In this document: piece after piece, positions 17,301-26,130 of the stretch
How the letters are laid out: each line of letters starts with the position of its first letter
Numbering within the stretch: position 1 is the stretch's first letter
From: Acidobacteriota bacterium
GTDB lineage: Bacteria; Acidobacteriota; Vicinamibacteria; Vicinamibacterales; Vicinamibacteraceae
Length of the DNA stretch: 32,192 nucleotides
Direction of reading: 5' to 3'
Assembly (NCBI GenBank): GCA_023427865.1
Contig: JAEYZV010000208.1
Location: 1 to 32,192 of the forward strand
The notes under the pieces: model-generated
The model's input: the letters and a program-made list of their open reading frames with translations, nothing else
Database searches by the model: none
What the model was told of the DNA's origin: nothing
Made by a program: the position numbers and the translations under genes

Positions 17301-18631
17301 TACCGACTGCCTGCCGTCGACGGCGCTTCGTCCGCGGGCGGCGTCTCGAGCGCCGCGATGCACTCCTTCACGCCGCGTCCCTCGACTTCGACGACCTCGA
17401 ACCGCACGTGGTCGTACGTGACGACGTCGCCGACGCGCGGTTGACGGCCGAGGAGCGTCAGGATCAACCCGCTGACGCTGTCCACCTCGTCGTGTTCGAG
17501 CGCCACGCCCAGCGCTTCGCCCGCTTCCTCGACGCGCGACGTGCCGCTGACGTGGAGCACCCCGCCCGCGTCGCGGTAGATGCTCGTGTGCTCGCTCGCG
17601 CCCTCGGCCACCTCGCCGATCACCTCGTCGAACAGGTCCTCGTGCGTGATCACGCCGGCCGTCCCACCGTGCTCGTCGATGACCACGGCCATCTGCGCTC
17701 GCGCATCACGAAGCTCCTCGAGGACGACGTCCAGTGTGGCCGTCTCGGGGACGGCGGGAATCGGACGCACGATATCGGCCGAAAGCGCCGCGCCGCGTGT
17801 CTGGAGCAGCAGCAGGTCCTTGACGTTCACCATGCCCGTCAGCTGGTCGATGTCGCCCTCGTACACGGGATAGCGCGTGTAGGGCCGTTCGTGCACGAGG
17901 GTCGTCACCGTTGCAGCGTCCGCCCCGAGCGGCAGGGCCGCCAGGCGCACGCGCGGCGTCATCACCTCGCGCGCGGTGAGCTCGCCGAACTCGAACAGCT
18001 CGCGCAGGATCCGGCCAGCCTCCTCACGCAGCATCCCGCCGGCCTGGCTCTCGCGCACGATGAGGGCCAGTTCCTCCGGCGAATACACGTGCTCATGCGA
18101 GGTCTGGTGCCGCCGCACTCCGATGAGGCGGAGCAGGAAGTTCCCCAGCGCGTTCAGCGCCAGCACCAGCGGGTAGCAGATCGCCTGGATGACCAGCATC
18201 ACGGGCGTGATCCACAGCACCGTCCGCTCGGCGCGCTGCAGCGCGATCGACTTGGGCACCATCTCGCCGAACACGATGTGCACGTAGGTGAGCGCCGCCA
18301 CCGCGAGGATGCTCGCCAGCGTGTGCGAGGCGACGTACTTGGCCGCGCCCAGACCTTCGAGCCAGGGCACGAGACGCACGGCGACCTCGTGTTCGCCGTA
18401 CATGCCGAGTCCGAGGCTCGCCAGCGTGATCCCGAGCTGCGCCGTGGCGATGAAGCGATCCTGCCGGCGGGGATCGTCGAGGATCGCGTGGGCGCGCCCG
18501 GCGACAATGCTGCCCCCGGCCGCGCGCTTCTCGATCGCCACGCGCGGCGTTCCGACGATGGCGAACTCCGCCGCGACGAACAGGCCGTTGAGCAGCACCA
18601 GCACCGCGACGATGACGAGGAGCGTGATCAT
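17300..18631 (-). CDS. hemolysin/CNNM family protein (DUF21, CBS pair, CorC_HlyC)
   Basis: LNGLFVAAEFAIV, QLGITLASLGLG, GEMVPKSIAL, VMTPR, VIDEHGGTAGVITHEDL, C-terminal CorC domain. Confidence 0.92.
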   Translation of the reverse strand: MITLLVIVAVLVLLNGLFVAAEFAIVGTPRVAIEKRAAGGSIVAGRAHAILDDPRRQDRFIATAQLGITLASLGLGMYGEHEVAVRLVPWLEGLGAAKYVASHTLASILAVAALTYVHIVFGEMVPKSIALQRAERTVLWITPVMLVIQAICYPLVLALNALGNFLLRLIGVRRHQTSHEHVYSPEELALIVRESQAGGMLREEAGRILRELFEFGELTAREVMTPRVRLAALPLGADAATVTTLVHERPYTRYPVYEGDIDQLTGMVNVKDLLLLQTRGAALSADIVRPIPAVPETATLDVVLEELRDARAQMAVVIDEHGGTAGVITHEDLFDEVIGEVAEGASEHTSIYRDAGGVLHVSGTSRVEEAGEALGVALEHDEVDSVSGLILTLLGRQPRVGDVVTYDHVRFEVVEVEGRGVKECIAALETPPADEAPSTAGSR

Positions 18632-19716
18632 GCTCGCGACCTCGTGGCGCGAGGTGCATTGCTGCGCAGCGTGGACTGGGTGAACTCGTCGGGTGTCGGG
18701 CCGAGCAGCGACGAGAGGATGTCGTCGAGCGTGACCATGCCGACGACTGCCTTCCGTTCATCGACGACGATCGCCTGGTGCGTGCGGCGGCGCCGCAGCT
18801 CCGCGAGGAGGCGGTCGCCCGTCATGGTCTCGGCGACGACGGTGGCGGGCTGCAGCACCTCACGCAGCGTCCGCACCGGGCGCCCCTCGACATGCCTCAC
18901 GAGCAGGCGCTTGGTGTTGAGGAAGCCTTCCACGCGATCCAGCGTGCCGCGGTAGACGGGCACGTGCGCCTGTGCCGAGTCGAGTGCGAGTGCCAGCACG
19001 TCCTCCATCGGCGTGGACACCTCGATGGCCTGCATGCGGTCGCGCGTCGTCATCAACTGCGCGGCCGTGCGAAGACTGAAGCGGAGCGCGCGCTGCAGCC
19101 TGCGAACTTCGTCCGGCTCCAGGAGCCCGCCGTCGTGGCTCTCGGCGATCAGCAGTTCGATCTCCTCCGGCGAGTGCACGTGGCGGTGGGCGCCGTGACT
19201 GCTGCCGAGCATACGGAGGATGAGCGTGCCCGAGCCGTTGAGGAACCAGATGAAGGGACCGAGCGCCCAGAGCGAGAAGCGCATCGGCCAATAGGTGTAG
19301 AGCGACAGCTCGGTGGGGTACTGAAGTGCGAGCGACTTGGGCGCGAGCTCGCCTGTGACCATCTGTCCGACGGTCAGCAACACGAGGATGGCGAGCGCTG
19401 CCGTCGAGGCGGACGCGACCGCGTCCATCCCGAACCTGTCCTCCAACAGCTGCGACAGCGGCTGGCCGAACGCCACCTGGCCATAGGCGCCGAGCACGAG
19501 ACTCGACAGCGTGATGCCGATCTGGCACGCGGCGATGTAGCGGTCGAGTTCCACGGGGGACTCGAGCACCGGCGACAGCCGTGCCGCCACCGACGAGCCA
19601 TCCTCGGCAAGCTGCCGGATACGGCTGCGCCGCACCGACACCGCGGCGAACTCGGCTGCGACGTAGAGCGCGTTGACGCCGACGAGGAAGACGACGACGA
19701 GGAACGCGGTGAGCAC
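18628..19716 (-). CDS. hemolysin/CNNM family paralogue (DUF21, CBS pair; lacks the CorC domain)
   Basis: VNALYVAAEFAAV, QIGITLSSLVLG, GELAPKSLAL, VGMVTLDDIL; GTG start 1 nt after the upstream stop. Confidence 0.88.
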   Translation of the reverse strand: MLTAFLVVVFLVGVNALYVAAEFAAVSVRRSRIRQLAEDGSSVAARLSPVLESPVELDRYIAACQIGITLSSLVLGAYGQVAFGQPLSQLLEDRFGMDAVASASTAALAILVLLTVGQMVTGELAPKSLALQYPTELSLYTYWPMRFSLWALGPFIWFLNGSGTLILRMLGSSHGAHRHVHSPEEIELLIAESHDGGLLEPDEVRRLQRALRFSLRTAAQLMTTRDRMQAIEVSTPMEDVLALALDSAQAHVPVYRGTLDRVEGFLNTKRLLVRHVEGRPVRTLREVLQPATVVAETMTGDRLLAELRRRRTHQAIVVDERKAVVGMVTLDDILSSLLGPTPDEFTQSTLRSNAPRATRSRA

Positions 19717-19717
19717 G

Positions 19718-20533
19718 TCAGCGGCCCGCGCGGGCGGCCACGAGGGCTGCACCGGCAGCACCGGAGGCGGATACCGCCGTTGCCCGTCCGCCCGCGGCGA
19801 AGCGGACCTTGTGGACACCGGGTGCGCCCGCGCCGCCGTCGGTGACCCACCAGCAGGGGAGGGCGCGACGCGTGCCGAACCACGCCGCCTCGGCCACGCG
19901 AGCACCCGCGGCCGCCAGGGTGAGGGGGCCCGGCGGCCAGAGGGCTGCCATGCGTTCGTCCATTCGCGCTCGGCGCTCCCGACGCAGGCTGGCCTCGGCC
20001 GGCTCTCCGTCGAACGTGGTCGTCGTCCAGTCGATCCGGCAGGGGCCGAACCCGTCGTCCGAGGCGACGCCGACGTGGACCGCAGCCGGGCTCGTGTCCA
20101 ACTCGAGCGCCAGCAGTGCGCGTGCCGCGCCCGCCGCGGCAGCCGGGGCCGACCCGATGAGCTTGTCCGGCGGGACGGCACCTGTCGCAACGGCGCGGGC
20201 GAGCACGAGCTGGTGCGCGGCATCGGCGCAGACGATGGTTGCGCCCGGGGAGCGCCGGTGCAGTTCCTTCAGGTGCGCGAGTGGCTCCGGCTGGACGGGA
20301 TCGGCAAGCACGATGACCCACGCCCCCTGCGCTGCGTCAAGCGAGGCATGGCCGGTGACCGACGTGCTGTAGCCATCCACCGGACCCGACTGCAGGATGT
20401 CGAGTGCCTTGCCGGCGGCAATGGTCTTGTCGGGATCCACCAGGCGCACCTCGTCGAACCGGGCACGGTTCGCCAGCGCGTACGCGAGAGCGCCGCCGAG
20501 CGGGCCGGCTCCGAGGATGGCGACGAAGGGCAT
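19718..20533 (-). CDS. malate/lactate dehydrogenase-like protein with degenerate active site
   Basis: VAILGAGPLGGALA Rossmann motif and GKALDI, but no Arg-rich substrate loop, NP motif, LD..R or GxHG. Confidence 0.7.
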   Translation of the reverse strand: MPFVAILGAGPLGGALAYALANRARFDEVRLVDPDKTIAAGKALDILQSGPVDGYSTSVTGHASLDAAQGAWVIVLADPVQPEPLAHLKELHRRSPGATIVCADAAHQLVLARAVATGAVPPDKLIGSAPAAAAGAARALLALELDTSPAAVHVGVASDDGFGPCRIDWTTTTFDGEPAEASLRRERRARMDERMAALWPPGPLTLAAAGARVAEAAWFGTRRALPCWWVTDGGAGAPGVHKVRFAAGGRATAVSASGAAGAALVAARAGR

Positions 20534-20579
20534 GAGGGAAGGCGTGGCAGTCGCCGCGCGACCCGGGTAGTGTAAGGGC

Positions 20580-21398
20580 ATGACTTCCTCGCCTCAACTC
20601 GACCGACACGTCGCCATCGTCACGGGGGGCACACGCGGCATCGGCCTGGCCATCGTGCGGGGCTACGTCGCGCGTGGCGCGCGCGTCGTCGTCTCGGGAC
20701 GATCGCAGGACCATCTGGACGCCGTGGTATCGGGGCTCGGCGATGCCGTGGCGCCGGTGCGCGGCGACGTGGCGGATCCGCAGGTGGCCGACGTGCTCGT
20801 CCGGACGGCGGTCGAGCGCTTCGGCGGTCTCGACTCGCTCGTGAACAACGCCGGCGTCGGCAAGTTCGTCAACGTGGCCGACATGAAGGTGGAGGAGTGG
20901 CAGCGGCTCATCGCCACCAACCTCACCGGGGTATTCCTGTGCTCCAAGGCGGCAATTCCGGCGCTGAAGCAGCGGGGCGGCGGCTGGATCATCAACATCA
21001 GCAGCCTTGCGGGGCGCAACTCCTTCATGGGCGGCGCGGCCTACTGCGCGTCCAAGGCGGGGCTGAACGCCTTCGCGGAGTCGCTGATGCTCGAGGTGCG
21101 CCAGGACGACATCCGCGTTTCCACGATCATGCCGGGATCGGTGCAGACGGCGTTCTCTGCCGGGGGTGACTCGGCCGAGCACGACTGGAAGCTCTCGGCA
21201 GACGATGTCGCAGAGGTGGTGTTCGATCTGCTCGGGCACTCGGCACGAAGCCTGCCGAGCCGCGTCGAGATCCGTCCGAGCAAGCCCAGGTGGGCGAGCT
21301 CCCCGAGCGCGCCGCGCGCCTGGTGGCCGTCGCCTTTCAGGTCGTCGGACTCGAGATCACGCGGGCGAACGTGGCCGCGTCGATGTTGGCGCCGGTGA
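20580..21398 (+). CDS. short-chain dehydrogenase/reductase; C-terminus probably extended past about 21290
   Basis: TGGTRGIG, NNAG, NISS, YCASK (YxxxK). Confidence 0.92.
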   Translation: MTSSPQLDRHVAIVTGGTRGIGLAIVRGYVARGARVVVSGRSQDHLDAVVSGLGDAVAPVRGDVADPQVADVLVRTAVERFGGLDSLVNNAGVGKFVNVADMKVEEWQRLIATNLTGVFLCSKAAIPALKQRGGGWIINISSLAGRNSFMGGAAYCASKAGLNAFAESLMLEVRQDDIRVSTIMPGSVQTAFSAGGDSAEHDWKLSADDVAEVVFDLLGHSARSLPSRVEIRPSKPRWASSPSAPRAWWPSPFRSSDSRSRGRTWPRRCWRR

Positions 21399-22299
21399 CG
21401 ATCAGGACGTTCGGGTCAGGCAGGTACGCGATCGTGCCTTCGAGAAGGGCGGCGAGGCCAATCGCCCCCGCCCCCTCGGTCACGAGTCTTTCATGGTCGA
21501 ACAGCGCGCGAACGGCGTTGTGGACGTATGCCTCCGCGGCGAGGTGCACGGGGACGCCGAGCGCTCGCACGAGGTCGAACGTGAGCGCGCCGGGCTCCAG
21601 GTTCCCGAGCAACCCATCGGCAAGCGAGTGGCCCGCGACTATGTGCGTCGTGCGGCCAGCGCGCAGCGCCTCGGTGAACGCCGGGTTCACGGCCGGCTCG
21701 ATGCCGACGACGGGCACCCGGCCGTCGCACCCGAGCGCCACGCCCGACAACAGTCCGCCGCCCCCGGTCGGCACGATGAGGGCGCCGGCATTTGGCAGGT
21801 CCTCGAGCACCTCGAGCGCGATCGTGCCCGCACCTGCGATCACGTCGGGGTTGTTGTAGGCCGAGATGAAGACGCCTGCCCCGCCGGCCGCCGCAGCCAG
21901 CGCGCGCGCTTCGGCGTCGTCGTAGTCGCTGCACTCGGCGACAATCGTCACGCCCGGGCCGACGAGCCGATCGAGCTTGGCGCGAGGGGCGTCGCCGGGG
22001 ACGTAGATCGTCAGCGCGGCGCCGAGCTCCTGCGCGACGCTCGAAAGCGCCACACCATGGTTGCCCGCCGACGCGGTGATCACCGGCGGCAGCCGCGGTT
22101 CGCGCTCGGCAAGGGCCAGCAGCGCATTGCAGGCGCCGCGCCGCTTGAAGGCCCGCGTGTACTGCAGGGTTTCGAGCTTCAGCCAGACGTCACGCCCGGT
22201 TGCCTGCGAGAGCCCGTCGGCACGCAGGAGCGGCGTACGCCGCACGTGGCCCGCGATGCGGCGTGCCGCTGCCCGAATGTGTGCGAGTGAGACCGTCAT
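21337..22299 (-). CDS. PLP-dependent threonine/serine dehydratase family protein (catalytic domain only)
   Basis: RRTPL, LKLETLQYTRAFKRRGA (PLP Lys), SAGNHG, PTGGGGL, TGAN. Confidence 0.9.
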   Translation of the reverse strand: MTVSLAHIRAAARRIAGHVRRTPLLRADGLSQATGRDVWLKLETLQYTRAFKRRGACNALLALAEREPRLPPVITASAGNHGVALSSVAQELGAALTIYVPGDAPRAKLDRLVGPGVTIVAECSDYDDAEARALAAAAGGAGVFISAYNNPDVIAGAGTIALEVLEDLPNAGALIVPTGGGGLLSGVALGCDGRVPVVGIEPAVNPAFTEALRAGRTTHIVAGHSLADGLLGNLEPGALTFDLVRALGVPVHLAAEAYVHNAVRALFDHERLVTEGAGAIGLAALLEGTIAYLPDPNVLIVTGANIDAATFARVISSPTT

Positions 22300-22951
22300 G
22301 CTGATCGAGTCGTTTGCCGTGCCGCCGTTTGCCAAGAACGGCTACGTGGTCGCCTGCCCTGAGACAGGGGAGGCGATCGTGATCGATCCCGGCGACGAGG
22401 TCGGCGAGCTCATCACCGCCGTCCGCCGGATCGGCGCCGCCGTGCGCTACATCATGTTGACGCACTCGCACCTCGATCACATCTCGGGGTGCAACGCCGC
22501 CAAGCGGGAATGGGACGTGCCGCTCGTGCTGCACCGCGACGACCTGTTCCTCTACGAACGCGCCGTGCAGCAGGGGATTGCGTTCGGCATCCGCATGGAG
22601 CCGCAGCCGCCAATCGACGCATGGTTCGACGAGCAGCCGACGTGGTCCTTCGGCCGCTACGCCGTACGGGCGCACCACACGCCGGGGCACAGTCCGGGCC
22701 AGGTTTGCCTGCAGGTCGGGCCGGAAGGCGCGCCGGGCGAGCACCTGTTCGTCGGCGACACGCTCTTTGCGGGCTCGGTCGGCCGCACGGACCTGCCTGG
22801 CGGCGACTACGAGACGTTGCTGCGCTCGGTGCGCGACGTCCTGTTTCCGCTTGGTGACGCCTGCATCGTGTATCCCGGACACGGTCCGAAGACGACGATC
22901 GGCGAGGAGCGGCGGACGAACCCGTTCCTGCGGGAGATTGCGGAAATTTGA
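22298..22951 (+). CDS. MBL-fold metallo-hydrolase (glyoxalase II/YcbL-like)
   Basis: THSHLDH, HTPGHSPG, GDTLFAGSVGRTDLPGG, YPGHG, ERRTNPFL. Confidence 0.93.
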   Translation: MLIESFAVPPFAKNGYVVACPETGEAIVIDPGDEVGELITAVRRIGAAVRYIMLTHSHLDHISGCNAAKREWDVPLVLHRDDLFLYERAVQQGIAFGIRMEPQPPIDAWFDEQPTWSFGRYAVRAHHTPGHSPGQVCLQVGPEGAPGEHLFVGDTLFAGSVGRTDLPGGDYETLLRSVRDVLFPLGDACIVYPGHGPKTTIGEERRTNPFLREIAEI

Positions 22952-23181
22952 AATTTGGAATTGGAAATGCGCAATAAGTCGGAAATGCTCGACGTCGTCG
23001 AACATTTCCCATTTCCCATTCCCGATTTCTCATCCGCCCCGGGCAGGGCTACGCGCGGTGAGCGCCGGGGGCGGGCGGAAATTCTGAAATTCTGAAATTC
23101 GAAATTGGAATGCGCAATGAGTCGGAGATGCTCGACGTCGTCGAACATTTCCCATTTCCCATTTCCAATTTCTCAGCCGCC
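22940..23181. repeat. direct duplication of an about 100-bp AT-richer element (heptamer arms around a hairpin core)
   Basis: The core TGCGCAATRAGTCGGARATGCTCGACGTCGTCGAACATTTCCCATTTCCCATT occurs at about 22968 and 23111. Confidence 0.88.
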
Positions 23182-23505
23182 GGCCTCGAGGGTCGTGTCC
23201 ACCTGGTTCAGGGGCGCGTGGACGAGCACGAGGTCGACGCGGCCGACGCGCAGCGTGTCACCGGGCAGCAACGTCGCCTTGTGGACGCGCCGACCGTTCA
23301 CGTAGGTGCCGTTGGTGCTCTGCAGGTCCTCGACCTCGAGCTGGCCCGTTGGCTGTGCGGTGAGGCGGCAGTGCAGGCGCGAGACCATCGCCGCGTCGAC
23401 GATGAAGTCGGCGCGCACGGCGCGGCCGAGCGTCTTGATGGTGCCCGGCATCAACCGAAACGTCAGCACGGGCTCGTGGCCCTGGACCGTCCTCAGAATC
23501 CACAT
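23173..23505 (-). CDS. FHA domain protein
   Basis: TLGR, VSRLHC and DLQSTNGTYVNG FHA motifs. Confidence 0.9.
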   Translation of the reverse strand: MWILRTVQGHEPVLTFRLMPGTIKTLGRAVRADFIVDAAMVSRLHCRLTAQPTGQLEVEDLQSTNGTYVNGRRVHKATLLPGDTLRVGRVDLVLVHAPLNQVDTTLEAGG

Positions 23506-23518
23506 GTCGTACGACCGC

Positions 23519-24709
23519 TCACGCCGGTGCGGTGGCAGCGGCCGGGGCTGCAAGCGGCGGCAGGCCGAGCAGTTCGCGCAGCCGAGGCGCGACGACCTCG
23601 CCGCGATGGGTGACCAGGACCTCTCGCGTGATCTCGTCGTCGGGATCGATGGCGAGCGCCCCGGCTTTGTCGCGCAGGTGCGCGAGCAGCGTGGTCAGGT
23701 TCTTCGCATACAGCTGGCTCGCGTGGAAGGGCACCGTGGCGGCAAGGTTCGTCGGTCCGTGGATCGTCACGCCGTGGGCGACGATCGACTGATCGGCCAC
23801 CGTCAGCTCGCAGTTGCCGCCGCGCTCGGCCGCGAGGTCGACGATGACCGAGCCTGGCGGCATCGACGCGACCATGTCGCCGGTGATGAGCACGGGTGAC
23901 TTCTTCCCGGGGATGGCCGCGGTCGTGATCACGACGTCGCTGTGGGCCACCACGCGGGCCATCGTCTCGCGCTGGCGCCGGTAGAAGGACTCGTCCTGTG
24001 CGGCGGCGTAGCCGCCCTGCCCCTCGGCGGCCGCGGTGTCGAGCGGGAGTTCGACGAACTTGGCGCCCAGGCTCTCGATCTGCTCCTTCACGGCGGGTCG
24101 GACGTCGTAGGCCTCGATTCTGGCGCCCAGGCGCTTTGCCGTGGCGATGGACTGGAGGCCGGCCACCCCGGCGCCGATCACGAACACGCGCGCCGGGGAG
24201 ATGGTGCCGGCCGCCGTCATCATCATCGGGAACAGCCGCGGCAGCGTCGCGGCTGCCAGCAGGACGGCCTTGTAGCCGGCGACGTTTGCCATCGACGAGA
24301 GGGCGTCCATGCTCTGGGCGCGGGTGATCCGCGGCACGAGCTCCATCGCGATGGTGGTGGCGCCACGGGCCGCGAGCGCACCCGCTGCCTCCGGCGCGCC
24401 GAGCGGATCGGCAAAGCCGATGACCGTGTGTTTCGGGCCCAGCCGCTCCAAATCCGCGGTGCCATGCACCCCGGCCGCCCCTGGCGTCCGTACCTGCAGG
24501 AGGACGTCGGCCTGCCCGAAGACCTCGTCGCGCGAGCCGAGTCGTGCCCCGGCTGCCGTGTAGGCGTCGTCCGGGAACCCCGCGCGGCTGCCCGCGCCCC
24601 GCTCGACCACGACCTCGGCCCCGGACTTCACGAGAGGCGGGATGCTGGCGGGAACGAGGGCGACGCGGTCTTCGCCGGGCTGAAGTTCTCGGGGGATCCC
24701 GATGACCAT
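23519..24709 (-). CDS. pntA: NAD(P) transhydrogenase subunit alpha, soluble domain I (PntAA)
   Basis: GIPRE...EDRVALVP, RITRAQSMDALSS, GAGVAGLQ, GGYA mobile loop, DLAAERGGNC; no TM helices. Confidence 0.92.
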   Translation of the reverse strand: MVIGIPRELQPGEDRVALVPASIPPLVKSGAEVVVERGAGSRAGFPDDAYTAAGARLGSRDEVFGQADVLLQVRTPGAAGVHGTADLERLGPKHTVIGFADPLGAPEAAGALAARGATTIAMELVPRITRAQSMDALSSMANVAGYKAVLLAAATLPRLFPMMMTAAGTISPARVFVIGAGVAGLQSIATAKRLGARIEAYDVRPAVKEQIESLGAKFVELPLDTAAAEGQGGYAAAQDESFYRRQRETMARVVAHSDVVITTAAIPGKKSPVLITGDMVASMPPGSVIVDLAAERGGNCELTVADQSIVAHGVTIHGPTNLAATVPFHASQLYAKNLTTLLAHLRDKAGALAIDPDDEITREVLVTHRGEVVAPRLRELLGLPPLAAPAAATAPA

Positions 24710-24805
24710 GGCGGCTGATTGTACGCCGAGATGAACCCACCGGCTGACCGTTCCGTCAAATGTCAGCGTTCGGGAAATCGGCCGTTCGCGGCCCCGGAGT
24801 TGCCG

Positions 24806-26005
24806 ATGATGACCAAGATGAACAAGCGCCTGGGGATGGCGACGGTCGGTGCCGTGCTCGTTGGCGGCGGCCTCTACGCCTGGTCGAGCATGACGCCGGC
24901 CAAGGCGACGTTCGAGCCCTCGAGGCTCGCCACCGTCGAGCAGGACACGATGGTGCGGTCGGTCGTCGCGACCGGCAAGGTGGAGCCAATCACGAAGGTC
25001 GAGATCAAGTCGAAGGCCAACGGCATCATCGAGCGCCTCCGCGTCGATGTCGGCGACGTGGTCAAGGCTGGCGACGTCCTCGCCGAGCTCGACAAGGAGA
25101 ACCTCCTGGCTCGCGTTCGCGAAGCGAGTGCCAACGTGCAGGCCGCCGAAGCGGCGCTGAAGGCGGCCAGAGCCCAGCTCGAGAAGAACCGTATCGAGGC
25201 CGAGGGGCCCGACGTCGAGTTCGCCCGCCGGGCTGCGCGTCGCGCGCAGGATCTCGCGGCGCAGAAACTCATGCCGCAGTCGGAGCTCGATACGGCGCAG
25301 AGCGAGTACGAGCTTGCCGTGAACCGGCAGAAGGCCGCGCGCGGCCAGCTGGTGGTGTCGCAGGCGAAGGTCTCGGAGGCCGGTGCGCAGGTGGCCCAGG
25401 CGCGGGCGGCGCTCGAGCGCGCCGAGGAGGAACTGCGCAACGCGACGATCCGTGCGCCGATCGCCGGCATGGTGCTCACGCGCGACGTCGAGGTGGGCAG
25501 CCCCGTCTCGTCGATCCTCAACCTCGGCGCCAACGCCACGCTCGTGATGACGCTCGGCGACATCGAGGAAGTGTTCGTGCGCGGCAAGGTGGACGAGGCC
25601 GACATCGGTCACGTGCGGTACGAGCAGCCGGCGCGCATCAGCGTCGAGACCTTCAAGGACCGCAAGTTCGCCGGGCGGGTGACGCTGATCTCGCCGATGG
25701 GCACCGAGAAGGACAACGTCACGACGTTCGAGGTGAAGGTCTCGATCGACAACCCGGGCAACGAGCTGAAGGCCAACATGACGGCCAACGCGGAGATCAT
25801 CCTCGAGGAGCGGCCCGACTCGCTGATCGTGCCGGAAGCTGCGCTCAGCTACGACGCGAGCCGGCAGGCCTTCGTCGATCTCTTCGACCCGAACGAACCG
25901 ACGGGGCGCCGCAAGGTGCCGGTGAAGGTCGGCATCAGCAACGGCACGCGCGCCCAGCTGCTCGACGGCGTGAAGAAGGGCGACAGGGTCATCCTGCCGT
26001 CGTAG
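24806..26005 (+). CDS. MacA-like efflux periplasmic adaptor subunit
   Basis: N-terminal anchor, VATGKVEP...VDVGDVVKAGDVLA, coiled coil, IRAPIAG, VDEADIG; GGAG RBS. Confidence 0.92.
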   Translation: MMTKMNKRLGMATVGAVLVGGGLYAWSSMTPAKATFEPSRLATVEQDTMVRSVVATGKVEPITKVEIKSKANGIIERLRVDVGDVVKAGDVLAELDKENLLARVREASANVQAAEAALKAARAQLEKNRIEAEGPDVEFARRAARRAQDLAAQKLMPQSELDTAQSEYELAVNRQKAARGQLVVSQAKVSEAGAQVAQARAALERAEEELRNATIRAPIAGMVLTRDVEVGSPVSSILNLGANATLVMTLGDIEEVFVRGKVDEADIGHVRYEQPARISVETFKDRKFAGRVTLISPMGTEKDNVTTFEVKVSIDNPGNELKANMTANAEIILEERPDSLIVPEAALSYDASRQAFVDLFDPNEPTGRRKVPVKVGISNGTRAQLLDGVKKGDRVILPS

Positions 26006-26088
26006 TGGCCGGCGGGCGCGTTCGGGTAACCCGCGGCGCGGCGCCAGGCCGCACGTCGGCGGATCTTCCACGCGCCATAGCTTCTCGA

Positions 26089-26116
26089 GGGTAGGGGCAG
26101 CTCCCCGAGCTGCCCG
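26089..26116 (+). repeat. single GTAG-type REP hairpin
   Basis: GGTAG-GGGCAGCTC-CCC-GAGCTGCCC. Confidence 0.7.
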
Positions 26117-26130
26117 ACGGTGAACCTCCC

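Noticed and set aside
24710..26071. N-terminal extensions of PntA (850 aa), the kinase (763 aa), the hydrolase (831 aa) and YgfZ (860 aa) as fusions
   Set aside because: The extensions overlap other real genes, and internal starts match the family N-termini.
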